From: Macrostomum lignano | Taxonomy: Eukaryota | Reading direction: 5' to 3' | Assembly (NCBI GenBank): GCA_002269645.1 | Contig: NIVC01002541.1 | Span: 62,001-126,000, forward strand | DNA length: 64,000 bases | Notes under the pieces: generated by a model | What the model saw: the letters and a program-made list of their open reading frames with translations, nothing else | The model's database searches: none | Told to the model about the DNA's origin: nothing | Shown: positions 7,864 to 18,200 of the stretch, piece after piece | Numbering within the stretch: position 1 is the stretch's first letter | How the letters are laid out: the number at the start of each line of letters is the position of its first letter | Translations under genes and position numbers: made by a program

Positions 7864-9072
7864 TTATTTGTTGTTGAACCGCGAAAGCAGAAGCTCTCTC
7901 GCCCTCTTATCGATGTATTTTCTCTCAAGCATTTTATTGAGGATGTGAACGAACTCTTTTCTATTCTCATCTTTCATTCCGGTCTTTGCTGCACCTAGGA
8001 GAACAACTAGCCGCTTGTAGACTTCAGGCATGCCTTTTCCGGAAGAGCTTGGTGGTGATTCGAATGATTGGTCAGAGTAGGAACTGTCATGTGGCGCTTG
8101 TCTTTGTTGAGGTGTGAATACTCTGTCATTGATTCGCTTCATTCGTTCTGGGGAGAGCTGTTCTAATTGTCGCCATTCATCTGGGCGCTGGTTTCTGTAC
8201 TGGGAAATCTCATTTGGCCCTGCTTTTTCAAGCGCTTCTAGTACTTGTTCGGGTGTGATTTGTTGCTGTGGCGGTGGAGGTTGTTGTGGTTGTGGTTGTG
8301 TTTGTGGTTGCTGCTGTTGTGGTTGTTGTAGTTGTTGTTTTGGTTGCTGCTGTTGTGGTTGCTGCTGTTGTGGTTGCTGCTGTTGTTGTCTTATGACCTC
8401 TTCTTGATCCGGCAAACCAAACCATTGTTTAAAGTATTCGTATTTTTTAAACCTGTTCAAGTCAATCCTGTTTTCATGTAAAACTTTCAAAACACCGTTG
8501 TTTTTGAGCATATCTATGTCCCTATCGAGAGCAAAGGTAACAAGATCTTTGTATCTTTTTAGCTGCTTCTCGGATCTTTTTTCCTGATTTTTAGTCATGT
8601 AATCAAGTAAAGTTTGAGTGAACTGGATTCTTTTAGTTTTTGCGCCTTTATTGATTGAAATGTTTTCCTTTGTCACTTCAATGTTGTAATCCGCCGGTTC
8701 CCCGGTAATATTTTTTCGCCAGGCGCTAATTCCAAAAATATATTTTCCATCATCCAATACGGGGCCAAAAAAGTTATCCGTCACTTTCATCTGCACCGGT
8801 TGTCCTGGTTCCTGAGCCTGTGGTTGTCCTGGTGAAGATGGGATTTTACCCAATGTGTTTTGCAAGTGGCTCTCTTGAATATCATCAACTGCTTCCTTCA
8901 CAGTGTCGAGGTTTTTCTTCGCTTCTGTGTATCCGGGTTTGTGAAATTCGGTGGCTGCTTGGACAAACTCATTATAGGATTGTTGCTCCTTATTTATTAG
9001 CCCGGTAACTCGTTTCTCTGCTTGTGCTAGCTTCTCCAATTCAGATATCTGCTGTGTACTTTTTCGCTTCAT
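7864..9072 (-). CDS. Viral protein with polyQ/P tract and Polinton-type C-terminal helical motif
   Basis: 402-aa open ORF, Q/P-rich tract at about 8265-8390, C-terminal VYKRLVVLLGAAKTG...EFVHIL, divergent from the capsid gene. Confidence 0.7.
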   Translation of the reverse strand: MKRKSTQQISELEKLAQAEKRVTGLINKEQQSYNEFVQAATEFHKPGYTEAKKNLDTVKEAVDDIQESHLQNTLGKIPSSPGQPQAQEPGQPVQMKVTDNFFGPVLDDGKYIFGISAWRKNITGEPADYNIEVTKENISINKGAKTKRIQFTQTLLDYMTKNQEKRSEKQLKRYKDLVTFALDRDIDMLKNNGVLKVLHENRIDLNRFKKYEYFKQWFGLPDQEEVIRQQQQQPQQQQPQQQQPKQQLQQPQQQQPQTQPQPQQPPPPQQQITPEQVLEALEKAGPNEISQYRNQRPDEWRQLEQLSPERMKRINDRVFTPQQRQAPHDSSYSDQSFESPPSSSGKGMPEVYKRLVVLLGAAKTGMKDENRKEFVHILNKMLERKYIDKRARELLLSRFNNK

Positions 9073-9102
9073 TTCTTATTTTATTTTATTTTTAGTTAAA
9101 AA

Positions 9103-10398
9103 ATGAACGACCCACTGACACCAGTTTACTACAAAATTAACAAGCCTATTTTGAGTGATGATAGCACAATCAAAGCGACTCAGGTAAGAGTTCCCAGTCA
9201 GGAAAATCAGAATGAAACTAATTTGGGTCCAGGTCAAACGCTGACATTCACATACAACGGATGTTCGTCTTTGGTCAGTGTCCACAGTCTAAGGAGCGGC
9301 TTCTATATGACGTATCAATTCAAAACTAAAGGAGGCGCAGACGCCGCTCATGCTAATGATGATCTACACAATGCGGATGTCGCACTAATCAGTAATTTCT
9401 GGGCTTATATGTTCAAAGAGTTTAATGTGTCCAATGGAAGTACAGAGTTGGAAAGAATAGCAAACTTTGGTGTGGTCTATGATACCCAGTGCTTGATTGA
9501 GAACCCGGATTTTATTCAGATGGGGAGCGGTGCTGGATTCATCCCCAATGAACAGACAGGAGATGAGAATGACCCTGGTTATAAAAAGAGAAAGGAGAGA
9601 TACAACTATGCTCTTGTTGGTGAGAACGATGCTGCTAAGAATCCGCTGTTTAGGTCTGTAGATATTTTTGTACCTTTGAGGTTTATGAGTGGTTTCTGTA
9701 ATAGTTTCAATCGGTTGACAAGCAACTTTAGCTACACATTTAGACTGACTAGAGATGATCGGAACAGAGGAATTTGGTCGGGGGCCAATCATACATCGAT
9801 GGAGATTAAGCTAACTAGCGTGGAGCTGTACTTAGAAATTATTGAGCCCAAGACTGCACTCAAAGCTGAATACTTGAAGGCGATTGAGAAAGACATTGAT
9901 GTTGCTTATACAGCTTATATGTGCAGAGATGAGCGGAATGACGCAAGACACAATATTTGCATTAAAGAAGGCTCCTGTAGCAATCCAAGGTACATTATTG
10001 TCACTATGAGGAGTACGACTAATGTAGGTAGATATCTACATGGAAACGTTCGATCGATTCAACATGAGATCAGTGACAATTTATACCCTGCATTGCCACA
10101 AAATGGGAATTTCTCGGAGAACAAGATTAGTAAGTTTTACAATCAACTGTCGGACCTGGCTGTCAAAGAGAATAACGGTATTGTTTTGACAACCTTGCAG
10201 TATAAAAAACTATATCCAATATTTGGTGTTGATGTGACTGCTAGACAAATGCCTACAGACAATAGCCCTGTTAACATTGTGACTAATATCGAGCGGAAAG
10301 AATTTGGTGCCGCAACGGCTGTTGATCTGTTTATTATCTATGCATTTGAGAGGAAGATCAAGGTCAATATGATCAATAACTCGTCTAGTAAAGTTTGA
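9103..10398 (+). CDS. Major capsid protein (double jelly-roll, Polinton PY/hexon-like)
   Basis: 431-aa beta-rich ORF (IFVPLRFMSGF, FRLTR, VELYLEIIEP, LYPIFGVDVT) directly upstream of the penton-like gene. The assignment rests on size, pattern and synteny. Confidence 0.82.
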   Translation: MNDPLTPVYYKINKPILSDDSTIKATQVRVPSQENQNETNLGPGQTLTFTYNGCSSLVSVHSLRSGFYMTYQFKTKGGADAAHANDDLHNADVALISNFWAYMFKEFNVSNGSTELERIANFGVVYDTQCLIENPDFIQMGSGAGFIPNEQTGDENDPGYKKRKERYNYALVGENDAAKNPLFRSVDIFVPLRFMSGFCNSFNRLTSNFSYTFRLTRDDRNRGIWSGANHTSMEIKLTSVELYLEIIEPKTALKAEYLKAIEKDIDVAYTAYMCRDERNDARHNICIKEGSCSNPRYIIVTMRSTTNVGRYLHGNVRSIQHEISDNLYPALPQNGNFSENKISKFYNQLSDLAVKENNGIVLTTLQYKKLYPIFGVDVTARQMPTDNSPVNIVTNIERKEFGAATAVDLFIIYAFERKIKVNMINNSSSKV

Positions 10399-10420
10399 AT
10401 AATTTTTTTTCAATAAAAAA

Positions 10421-11278
10421 ATGGAAGCCATAGCCGAAAGACTGAACAACATTGTTTCACACTCTAAGGAGAGCATTCCAATCACTGTAGCGGGTCGCAT
10501 TACTGAGTCAAACGGAATCTTCATTCAAAAATTGGAGCAACCACTTCGTTTGGATCCCGAGGCGAATTACCACGTCTATCTCAACGATTTCACTGGGTGG
10601 TCAAATGTTCCCAATGTGACAGCGGAAAATAACAAGTTTTATTACAAATGGAAGCGTACTACAACAGAGGTTGTGATATTTCCTGTCAGCACACAGAGCG
10701 TGGATACTTATAATTACTTCTTGGAGAACGTCTTCACTAAACGAAAGCATTTTGAGATACCGGATGAAAGCAAACCAGAAAATAAACTGTTCCCTGTTAG
10801 ATTAACTTATGATCTAACTGTCATGAGAGTTGTCTTGCAAGTTCATAAGGACGCAGAGGTAGAGTTTAAAGATGACACTTGGTATCGCGAGTTGGAATTT
10901 GAAAAGAGAGTTTATGGTGGCGCCACAGACCAAAGCCCGCTGCAGGCGCCTGGCACTGTTGCTGTGTCCCGGCTAATATCCGGTATGTACTTGGCGCCAA
11001 ATATCGCTGACATTGTCAAAGGCTTGAATATATTAATTCGCAGCAATCTGAGCCATGATTGGATATTCAAGGGCAAACGAAGCAACATACTTTTTAACAT
11101 TTCAAACTCTGTTGCTGGTGGCAAAATGCTTGTGCAAAAGCCAAACCCTGTGAAAAGAGTGATTCTGAGTAATAGGGAGATACATGAAATCGTTCTGCAG
11201 TTTGAAACAGAGGATGGAGTTGGTGTCGATTTTAACGGGGAAGAGTTTGTGTTAACAATTATTATTGAGAGAATGTGA
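10421..11278 (+). CDS. Minor capsid protein (penton, single jelly-roll, Polinton PX-like)
   Basis: LEQPLRLD, SNVPNVTAENNKFYY, NILIRSNL, EIVLQFETEDGVGVDFNGEEFVLTIII. Confidence 0.85.
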   Translation: MEAIAERLNNIVSHSKESIPITVAGRITESNGIFIQKLEQPLRLDPEANYHVYLNDFTGWSNVPNVTAENNKFYYKWKRTTTEVVIFPVSTQSVDTYNYFLENVFTKRKHFEIPDESKPENKLFPVRLTYDLTVMRVVLQVHKDAEVEFKDDTWYRELEFEKRVYGGATDQSPLQAPGTVAVSRLISGMYLAPNIADIVKGLNILIRSNLSHDWIFKGKRSNILFNISNSVAGGKMLVQKPNPVKRVILSNREIHEIVLQFETEDGVGVDFNGEEFVLTIIIERM

Positions 11279-11339
11279 GTCGTCTTCAGACTTGTAAAAT
11301 TAGGATATAAGCCGCCAGGTACAACCTTGTAGTTGGCTA

Positions 11340-11576
11340 CTACAACTGCCTTATAACTTCAGCAAAGTTATAGTAGCTGTCAAAATCGTTAATGACTACT
11401 CCATACTTATGAAACCAGTGTCTTTGGAGAGCTAGATTAATATTAGGGACATTGATATCAACGTCAGGCCAATATTTTCTCATGTACTCGCTGCATTCAA
11501 GTTTGCATCGGTATTTGGATTTGTACAATGGATTAGGCTGAGTATAATAAGAACCTGGAGAGACAACTGGAAACAT
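11340..11576 (-). CDS. Small hypothetical viral protein (78 aa)
   Basis: Open ORF with the same AAAA-ATG start context as the other viral genes, converging on the penton gene. Confidence 0.5.
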   Translation of the reverse strand: MFPVVSPGSYYTQPNPLYKSKYRCKLECSEYMRKYWPDVDINVPNINLALQRHWFHKYGVVINDFDSYYNFAEVIRQL

Positions 11577-11736
11577 TTTTAGAGAAAATTTAGATTTTTT
11601 CAAAGGGTAAGGACCCTGCGCTGATGATTTAAAGTCTTTGGGATCTGGTTTCGCGTTGCAAATTGAATGTGGGGAGAAGAATGCAGATTATTTTCTGATT
11701 GTTTCGAAGATGCTATGGGTGGATGTCAGTGGATTA

Positions 11737-11981
11737 TGTAGGACACTTGTTATGCTCTGATTCTGTCAAGGAGGAAGGAGGATAGGTTAGGAGGATTATG
11801 GATGACGTTTTCGGAGCTGCTATGCTCAGAATAACAGTAGGACACCGGTTATGCTCTGATTCTGTCGGGGATAATACGGATGGATTTAATGGGATTATGT
11901 TCGAAGTTTTCGGAGCAAGGGCGACCCCCCTTTTTTTCTGATTCTGTCGGGGATAATATGGATGGATTTAATGGGATTATG
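11737..11981. repeat. Direct repeats in the presumed viral terminal region
   Basis: A 45-bp repeat at 11855-11899 and 11937-11981 (1 mismatch), plus a GTAGGACAC..GTTATGCTCTGATTCTGTC repeat at about 11738 and 11837. Confidence 0.75.
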
Positions 11982-13037
11982 GAGGACGTGAAAAATTTTG
12001 TCCCAGAAGCCCCCTCATGCATTCTACTAATGGTAATCAACTGTCATTTAGGGACTACGTAGGAACTATTAGGAATAGGACTTAGGATTTAGGTTAGGGA
12101 ATTAGGGAATTGCACTGTTATCAGAGCGTGGTGGAGTGAGCAGTTGTGGACAGCTGCACTCTTACAAAAAGCCACAAGCGCTCGAGGATGGCATTGCAAA
12201 GTGCAAGTGCAGGCCGCCCTATAAAAGTCTGCTTCCACTTTAAAGGGGTTGTATGCCTTTGTGGGGTGGGGTTCAATTCGTACATTTTTAAAAAGAGACA
12301 TTTCAGAAGTCGCACGAGAGCGGGAGACCATGAGATTCGGCCGGAATTTCGACGATATCTGGCAGACGTGGGAAGTGATAATGCAGACACTTTCACAGGG
12401 ACTTCATCGGGGAAATTTACTATAAATAAGCGAGGGGTTAAATGTATAATCTTTACTCTTTAATATAATATATATAATAGATTATTAAGAGTATTGGAGT
12501 AGCTTAGTTATAACTAGTGTCTCAGACTTATTCTCCCAGCTTGTTAGCTCGCTTATTCGCTTATACTTACCGGCTAGAGCTTTATACTCAGTCCTCGTAA
12601 AAAGCTATTCGGCACATCATCTTGCGGACTCGCTCGTGGCATGCCGCCCAAACTTCTGCATGTTCAGTGTAATAGTGCTACATGTAATATTACTTGTACA
12701 GATCAGGGAATCGATTTAATGCTTTCTTACATCTTCTACACGTTACGAACACATCACTACCATAGGAGAACACCAATATAGTAGTTTTTGTTCTATTTAT
12801 ATGCTTTGCAAGACATACGCCAGATGCGCGTTGAATATTTTAAAGATGCATCAAAGTCATGCATTTACTTCAAATGAGCTGGACCAAACAGAAAACGATT
12901 TAAAGCGATCTACAATTTTAAGAATCCATACAAAAGTTACATAGCAGCTACGTGTTAAATATGTAGTTCCTTAAAAATGAAAAAAAATCTTGTAGCAAAG
13001 ATTAACTTTATGCAGTGCAAGCTACTCTACAACTAGT

Positions 13038-13964
13038 TCAGGAGGCGGCCGCCGCAGGCTGCTCATCCGCAGCCGATTCCGTCGCAGAATCCTCAGCTTG
13101 ACGCGCCCTCAGCGACTTGTGGACGCTGTCCCGGATATCCTCAACCATGGCGGCGATCTTCTCGCGGGCCTGCTCCTTGGCCTGCTGCAGCGAGCGGTCG
13201 CGCACGGTCTGGTAGCGGCGTTCGACACCGCCGAGCAGGCCGCGGACCTGGGCGGGCGCCAGGCCGGCTGGCGGCGGTTCGACCCGGCGGCGGCGTTCGC
13301 GAAGCGGCGGCAGCGGGCGCAGCAGGCTGGGCAGCGGCAGCTCAACTCGAGGATTCGCTTGACGGCTCGTTTCGGCCGCGTTGCGCGCCATTTCGGCGCG
13401 TGTCGGACGCGGCGCCGCCGCCGGCGCTGGCCGACTCGGCCGATGCTCGCGATAGGCGGCTCCAGCCTCGGCCAGGGGCGGCCGGCGGCTGTCAAGAGTG
13501 ATTGGATGATCCAGGAGGTACTGCAGCGCCTTCACGCTGCCAGCCACATCCTGCGGTAGGGTCTCATCCTCGTCATCTTCGACATCCCCGAACCTGGAGG
13601 TCAGCAGCAGGTCGATGTCGCCTTCGAGGTTGTCCTCATCTTCATCTTCTTCCTCTTTTTTGTCAGTCTTACTTGCCGCAGCTGCGAGAGCGCCTGCCTC
13701 AGCGGCCTGGTCCGTCACGGATGTCAGGAAGACTCCGTCGCCCCAGTCGCTGGCTGTGTCCTCCTCGGCTGCTTCCGCGACTTCTTCGGGCCGCTGTTTC
13801 TCTGTTGCGGAGACGCCGCCCTGAGGCTGCACGGACGGCGGCTGGTCGGCGGCAGCGCCGATGCTCAGCAGGAGCCGGTCGACGTTCACCTTTGGCACGG
13901 GCGGCACTCGGGTCACCACCCGACGGCTGGGACGCTGCTCCACTTCGATGCGAGGCTTCGGGCC
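13038..13964 (-). CDS. XRRA1: XRRA1-like last coding exon
   Basis: Acceptor CCGCAG|GGC, phase 0; VFLT and LPQDVAGSVKALQYLLDHP. Confidence 0.8.
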   Translation of the reverse strand, partial: GPKPRIEVEQRPSRRVVTRVPPVPKVNVDRLLLSIGAAADQPPSVQPQGGVSATEKQRPEEVAEAAEEDTASDWGDGVFLTSVTDQAAEAGALAAAASKTDKKEEEDEDEDNLEGDIDLLLTSRFGDVEDDEDETLPQDVAGSVKALQYLLDHPITLDSRRPPLAEAGAAYREHRPSRPAPAAAPRPTRAEMARNAAETSRQANPRVELPLPSLLRPLPPLRERRRRVEPPPAGLAPAQVRGLLGGVERRYQTVRDRSLQQAKEQAREKIAAMVEDIRDSVHKSLRARQAEDSATESAADEQPAAAAS

Positions 13965-15187
13965 CTGCGGTGGTGAGGATTGCATGGCTGGATAAGACAC
14001 TGCCTGAAGTTTATCCTGGTGTCAGGAGAAATACTCGGAACCTGTTTTTTTCGCGATCCTCTCCAACTGTTACTGGTGAACTTTTACCCTTCCTGATCGT
14101 CTCCAACTGTTACTGGTGAACTTTTACCCTTCCTGATCCTCTCCAACTGTTACTGGTGAACTTTTACCCTTCCTGATCCTCTCCAACTGTTACTGGTGAA
14201 CTTTTACCCTTCCTGATCCTCTCCAACTGTTACTGGTGAACTTTTACCCTCCCTGATCCTCTTCAACTGTTACTGGTGAACTTTTACCCTTCCTGATCCT
14301 CTCCAACTGTTACTGGTGAACTTTTACCCTTCCTGATCCTCTCCAACTGTTACTGGTGAACTTTTACCCTCCCTGATCCTCTTCAAATGTTACTGGTGAG
14401 CTTCCCTCCCTGATCCACCCCAACCCTCTTTGATCCACTCCAACCCTCCCTGATCCTCTGTAACCCTCCCTATTTCCCTTCCACTCTCTTATACATGTTC
14501 AACCCAAGGACAACTGAAGTATAACGTAACTTCAGTTGTCCTTGGTTCAACCAAAATATTTTACCCTCTTTCCCAGAGAGGCAGTGGGAAGTTGGGGAGG
14601 TCTTGAAAGGCAGCATGGGAAAAGTGGGTTTTAAGACGAGCAATATACATGCTACACAAAGTGGAGTGTCTGCAACAGTTTAAAGACCTTCACTTAATTC
14701 ATCGCTGACAGGTAAAAACATTCGCACCTGCTCAGGCCGGTGGCGCACAACCCGGATGCCCAGTCGGTGGGTGAGCAGCCGGTGCAGCAGCGGCAGCTCG
14801 CCGGCCCTGGTCCGGCACAGCGGGTTGTCGTAGATGAGCAGCTCCTTCAGGGACGGCCACAACCCGCTGGCCGTCAGCGCCTCCTCGCGCGTCACCCGGT
14901 TACCGCCGAGGTTGAGCAACCTGAGAGCCGGAAATGGCGCCGGTTTGCCTGGCGCCTGGCGCCGCTCAACAAATCGACGTCCGATGGCGAGCTCGATCTC
15001 GCGCAGATCGAATGGCGCCAATTCGACAAGGGGCGCCGAGGCCGGCCGGTTCAACCGCATCATCTCCAGATTGACCTGCTGGATGTTGCGGTTGAGCTCG
15101 TTGGTGCTGGCCGAGGGCTGGCGCGGCGCCGCATCGGGCGGCTGCTCGGGCGCCATCGGCGCTTCTGCAGCTTCTGTAACAGTGCTC

Positions 15188-15254
<67 letters not shown>

Positions 15255-18200
15255 CCTGCTGTTGCTGCTGCTGCTGCTCCTGCTGCTCCTGCTGCTGCTG
15301 CTCCTGCTGCTGCTGCTGCTGCTCCTGCTGTTGCTGCTGCTGCTGCTCCTGCTGCTGCTGCTGCTGCTCCTGCTGCTGCTGCTGCTGCTCCTGCTGTTGC
15401 TGCTGCTCCTGCTCCTGCTGCTCCTGCTGCTCCTGCTGCTGCTCCTGCTGCTCCTGCTGTCGCTGCTGCTGCTGCTCCTGCTGCTCCTGCTGCTGCTGCT
15501 GCTGCTCCTGCTCCGGCTTTTCCTGAGCAATCTGCTGGGCGTCGCTGGAGCTGCCAGCGTCGCGCTCGCCTGTCGAACCGGAAGTCTCAGCTTCCTGGCC
15601 TTGGGCCTGCTGCGTCTGTGAAGGTTTTAAGACGCTTTCAAGATAACTTTGGACTTCTGTAATCTAACTAATTGGAATGGAAACCCAAACCTCTGATTAC
15701 AGGAATCTATCACACTGACTGCTCGGTCCTCATCATGCCACATGTAATAAAGTCATTCACTATGTAAAGTGCAGCCTTCAAAATCTAAACGATTGTGTTT
15801 ATTAGAATAAAACTAGCATCTAAACTCACCTCGCTGGGAGATTTGGCTTCCTGTGCCTCATCCGCAGCCTCTTCGGGGGCGCCGGGCTCCTCAGCGCTAA
15901 CGGATGACGGCACCACAACCGCAGCTGGCGACTTCACTTCCGATGGCGGCGGAACTTCTTTTGCTTCCCTTGCAGCCTCTTTTTCTTCTTCCAAAGACTT
16001 TTGCTTACTCGGCGCTGCTGGTCGTTCAGGCGAGCGCTGAAAAGCGGGTTTCGGACCCCCGACCACAGTCAGTTCGTCGCCAGCGCCAGATTCGTTGGCC
16101 TGCTGCGGCTGTTTCTGCTGCAGCTGCGGCTTTCTGGCAGAGCTCATCGCCGAGCCTCTGCTGCCGCGGGCGCTCTTGCTGGAGCGCTGTCGGCGAGTCG
16201 AGGTCGGCGAGAGCGACACCGACAGCCCGTCTGCGTCTTCCGTCACTCGCAGGTAGGGGATGCCGCTGAACTCGTTCTTCTCCAGGCTGAGAACCTTCAG
16301 TCTGCAGGGGTGCGCCAGTTCGATGGCTTGTGAGCTCTCTGTCAGTGTGTGGCTGCCCTTCTGTCAGTGTGTGGCTGCCCTTCTGTCAGTGTGTGGCTGC
16401 CCTTCTGTCAGCGTGTGGCTGCCCTCTCTGTCAGTGTGTGGCTGCCCTTTCTGTCAGTGTGTGGCTGCCCTTCTGTCAGTGTGTGGCTGCCCCTTCTGTC
16501 AGTGTGTGACTGGCCTTCTGTCAGTGTGTGGCTGCCCTTCTGTCAGTGTGTGACTGGCCTTCTGTCAGTGTGTGGCTGCTCTTCTGTCAATGTGTGACTG
16601 CCCCTCTGTCAGTGTGTGGCTGCCCTCTCTGTCAGTGTGTGGCTGCCCTTCTGTCAGCGTGTGGCTGCCCTTCTGTCATTGTGTGGCTGCCCCTCTGTCA
16701 GTGTGTGGCTGCCCTTCTGTCAGCGTGTGGCTGCCCTTCTGTCAGTGTGTGGCTGCCCTCTCTGTCAGTGTGTGGCTGCCCTCTCTTTCAGTGTATGGCT
16801 GCCCTCTCTGTCAGTGTGTGGCTGCCCTTCTGTCAGCGTGTGGCTGCCCTTCTGTCAGTGTGTGGCTGCCCTTCTGTCAGTGTGTGGCTGCCCTTCTGTC
16901 AGTGTGTGGCTGCCCTTCTGTCAGTGTGTGACTGGCCTTCTGTCAGTGTGTGGCTGCTCTTCTGTCAATGTGTGGCTGCCCCCCCCCTGACCCCTCTGCA
17001 CTCACTTTCTGAGGGTAGCCAGAGACGCAAACGCCTTGGGATCGGACAGTCGGTTGTCGTCCAGCATGAGGCACTCGAGACTTTGAAATCTTTGCTGTGC
17101 CTCTCTAAAATTGATAAAAATGAACGATTTTATTGTTTATTGTCTTGCATTAAATGCCAACCAAAAGGACAGCTACGTGTAAATTAATTAAAAATAGCTA
17201 ATTATTAATATTCAAAAGCATATCGACGAAGGTTGGCAAACAGAATCATAAATGCTGGCATCAAGCCGTCGTATTTAGAGGCTTCAAACAAACAGCAATA
17301 CGCAGGTAAATCTTAATCCCGCATCGGCTTACTTTATTTTGCCGTGGCTGAAAATTACAGTTCAAGCATTAGAAACACGTTAGTACTATGAGTAGTTGAA
17401 ATTCATTCTCAAACGCAGCTCCCATCATCACTTCACTCTCACACGCAGCTCACCCGTCAACAGCAATATCCGGCAGCGCCATATCTTCGGGCAGTTCCGC
17501 GAGTCCGTTTCCACCAGCGTGTAGTCGACGAAGCCGTTTCAAGAGACCGATGTTGAAAAGATCGTCTTTTGTCAGTTCGTTGTAGGACACATCCAGGAAC
17601 TGGAAATTGTGGGCGGATTCTAAATTGCTATATGTATGGGGCACAAACTATCAGTGGCTCACTTCAATAATGTTACACTCGTACTGGGCTAAAAACATCG
17701 CCCAGTCACCTCGACGCCTCACCTCTAAATTAGGAAACGAGTCAGCAGTCAATTGTAGATTTCTTAGTCCGTTGAATGGGATCTCCAGTTCGCGCAGGTT
17801 GGGAAATCCATTCAGTGGCTCTGATTAGAATAATTAGGTAATAGTTTGAAATAATCTTTGCATTTTGACATTGTTTCATACTACTTCTTTACTCGCTAAA
17901 CCAAACATCCACCTCACTCTGCACATCCACCTCACCCCGCATAGCCACCTCACTCTGCACATCCACCTCACTCCGTACATCCACCTCACTCCGCACACCC
18001 ACCTCACTCCGCACATCCACCTCACTCCGCACATCCACCTCACTCCGCACATCCACCTCACTCCGCACATCCACCTCACTCCGCACAGCCACCTCACGCT
18101 GCACATCCACCTCACGCTGCACATCCACCTCATGTTGCACATCCACCTCACTCCGCACACCCACCTCTTTCTGCACACCCAACTCACTCCGCACACCCAC

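Larger units (their letters stand above)
1..12460. mobile_element. Endogenous Polinton/Maverick (adintovirus-like) virus, left part outside the window
   Basis: Compact intronless AT-rich cluster of pPolB, cysteine protease, packaging ATPase, major and minor capsid genes with very short intergenic gaps, followed by about 850 bp of non-coding DNA with internal repeats. The right boundary is approximate. Confidence 0.92.

Noticed and set aside
14055-14400. CRISPR-like regular repeats (also 7289-7435 and 54070-54915)
   Set aside because: Head-to-tail units with no unique spacers, no cas genes, eukaryotic context.
13098-15621. Plus-strand ORFs including the poly-Leu ORF 14740..15621
   Set aside because: Antisense shadows of GC-rich XRRA1 exons and the CAG tract.
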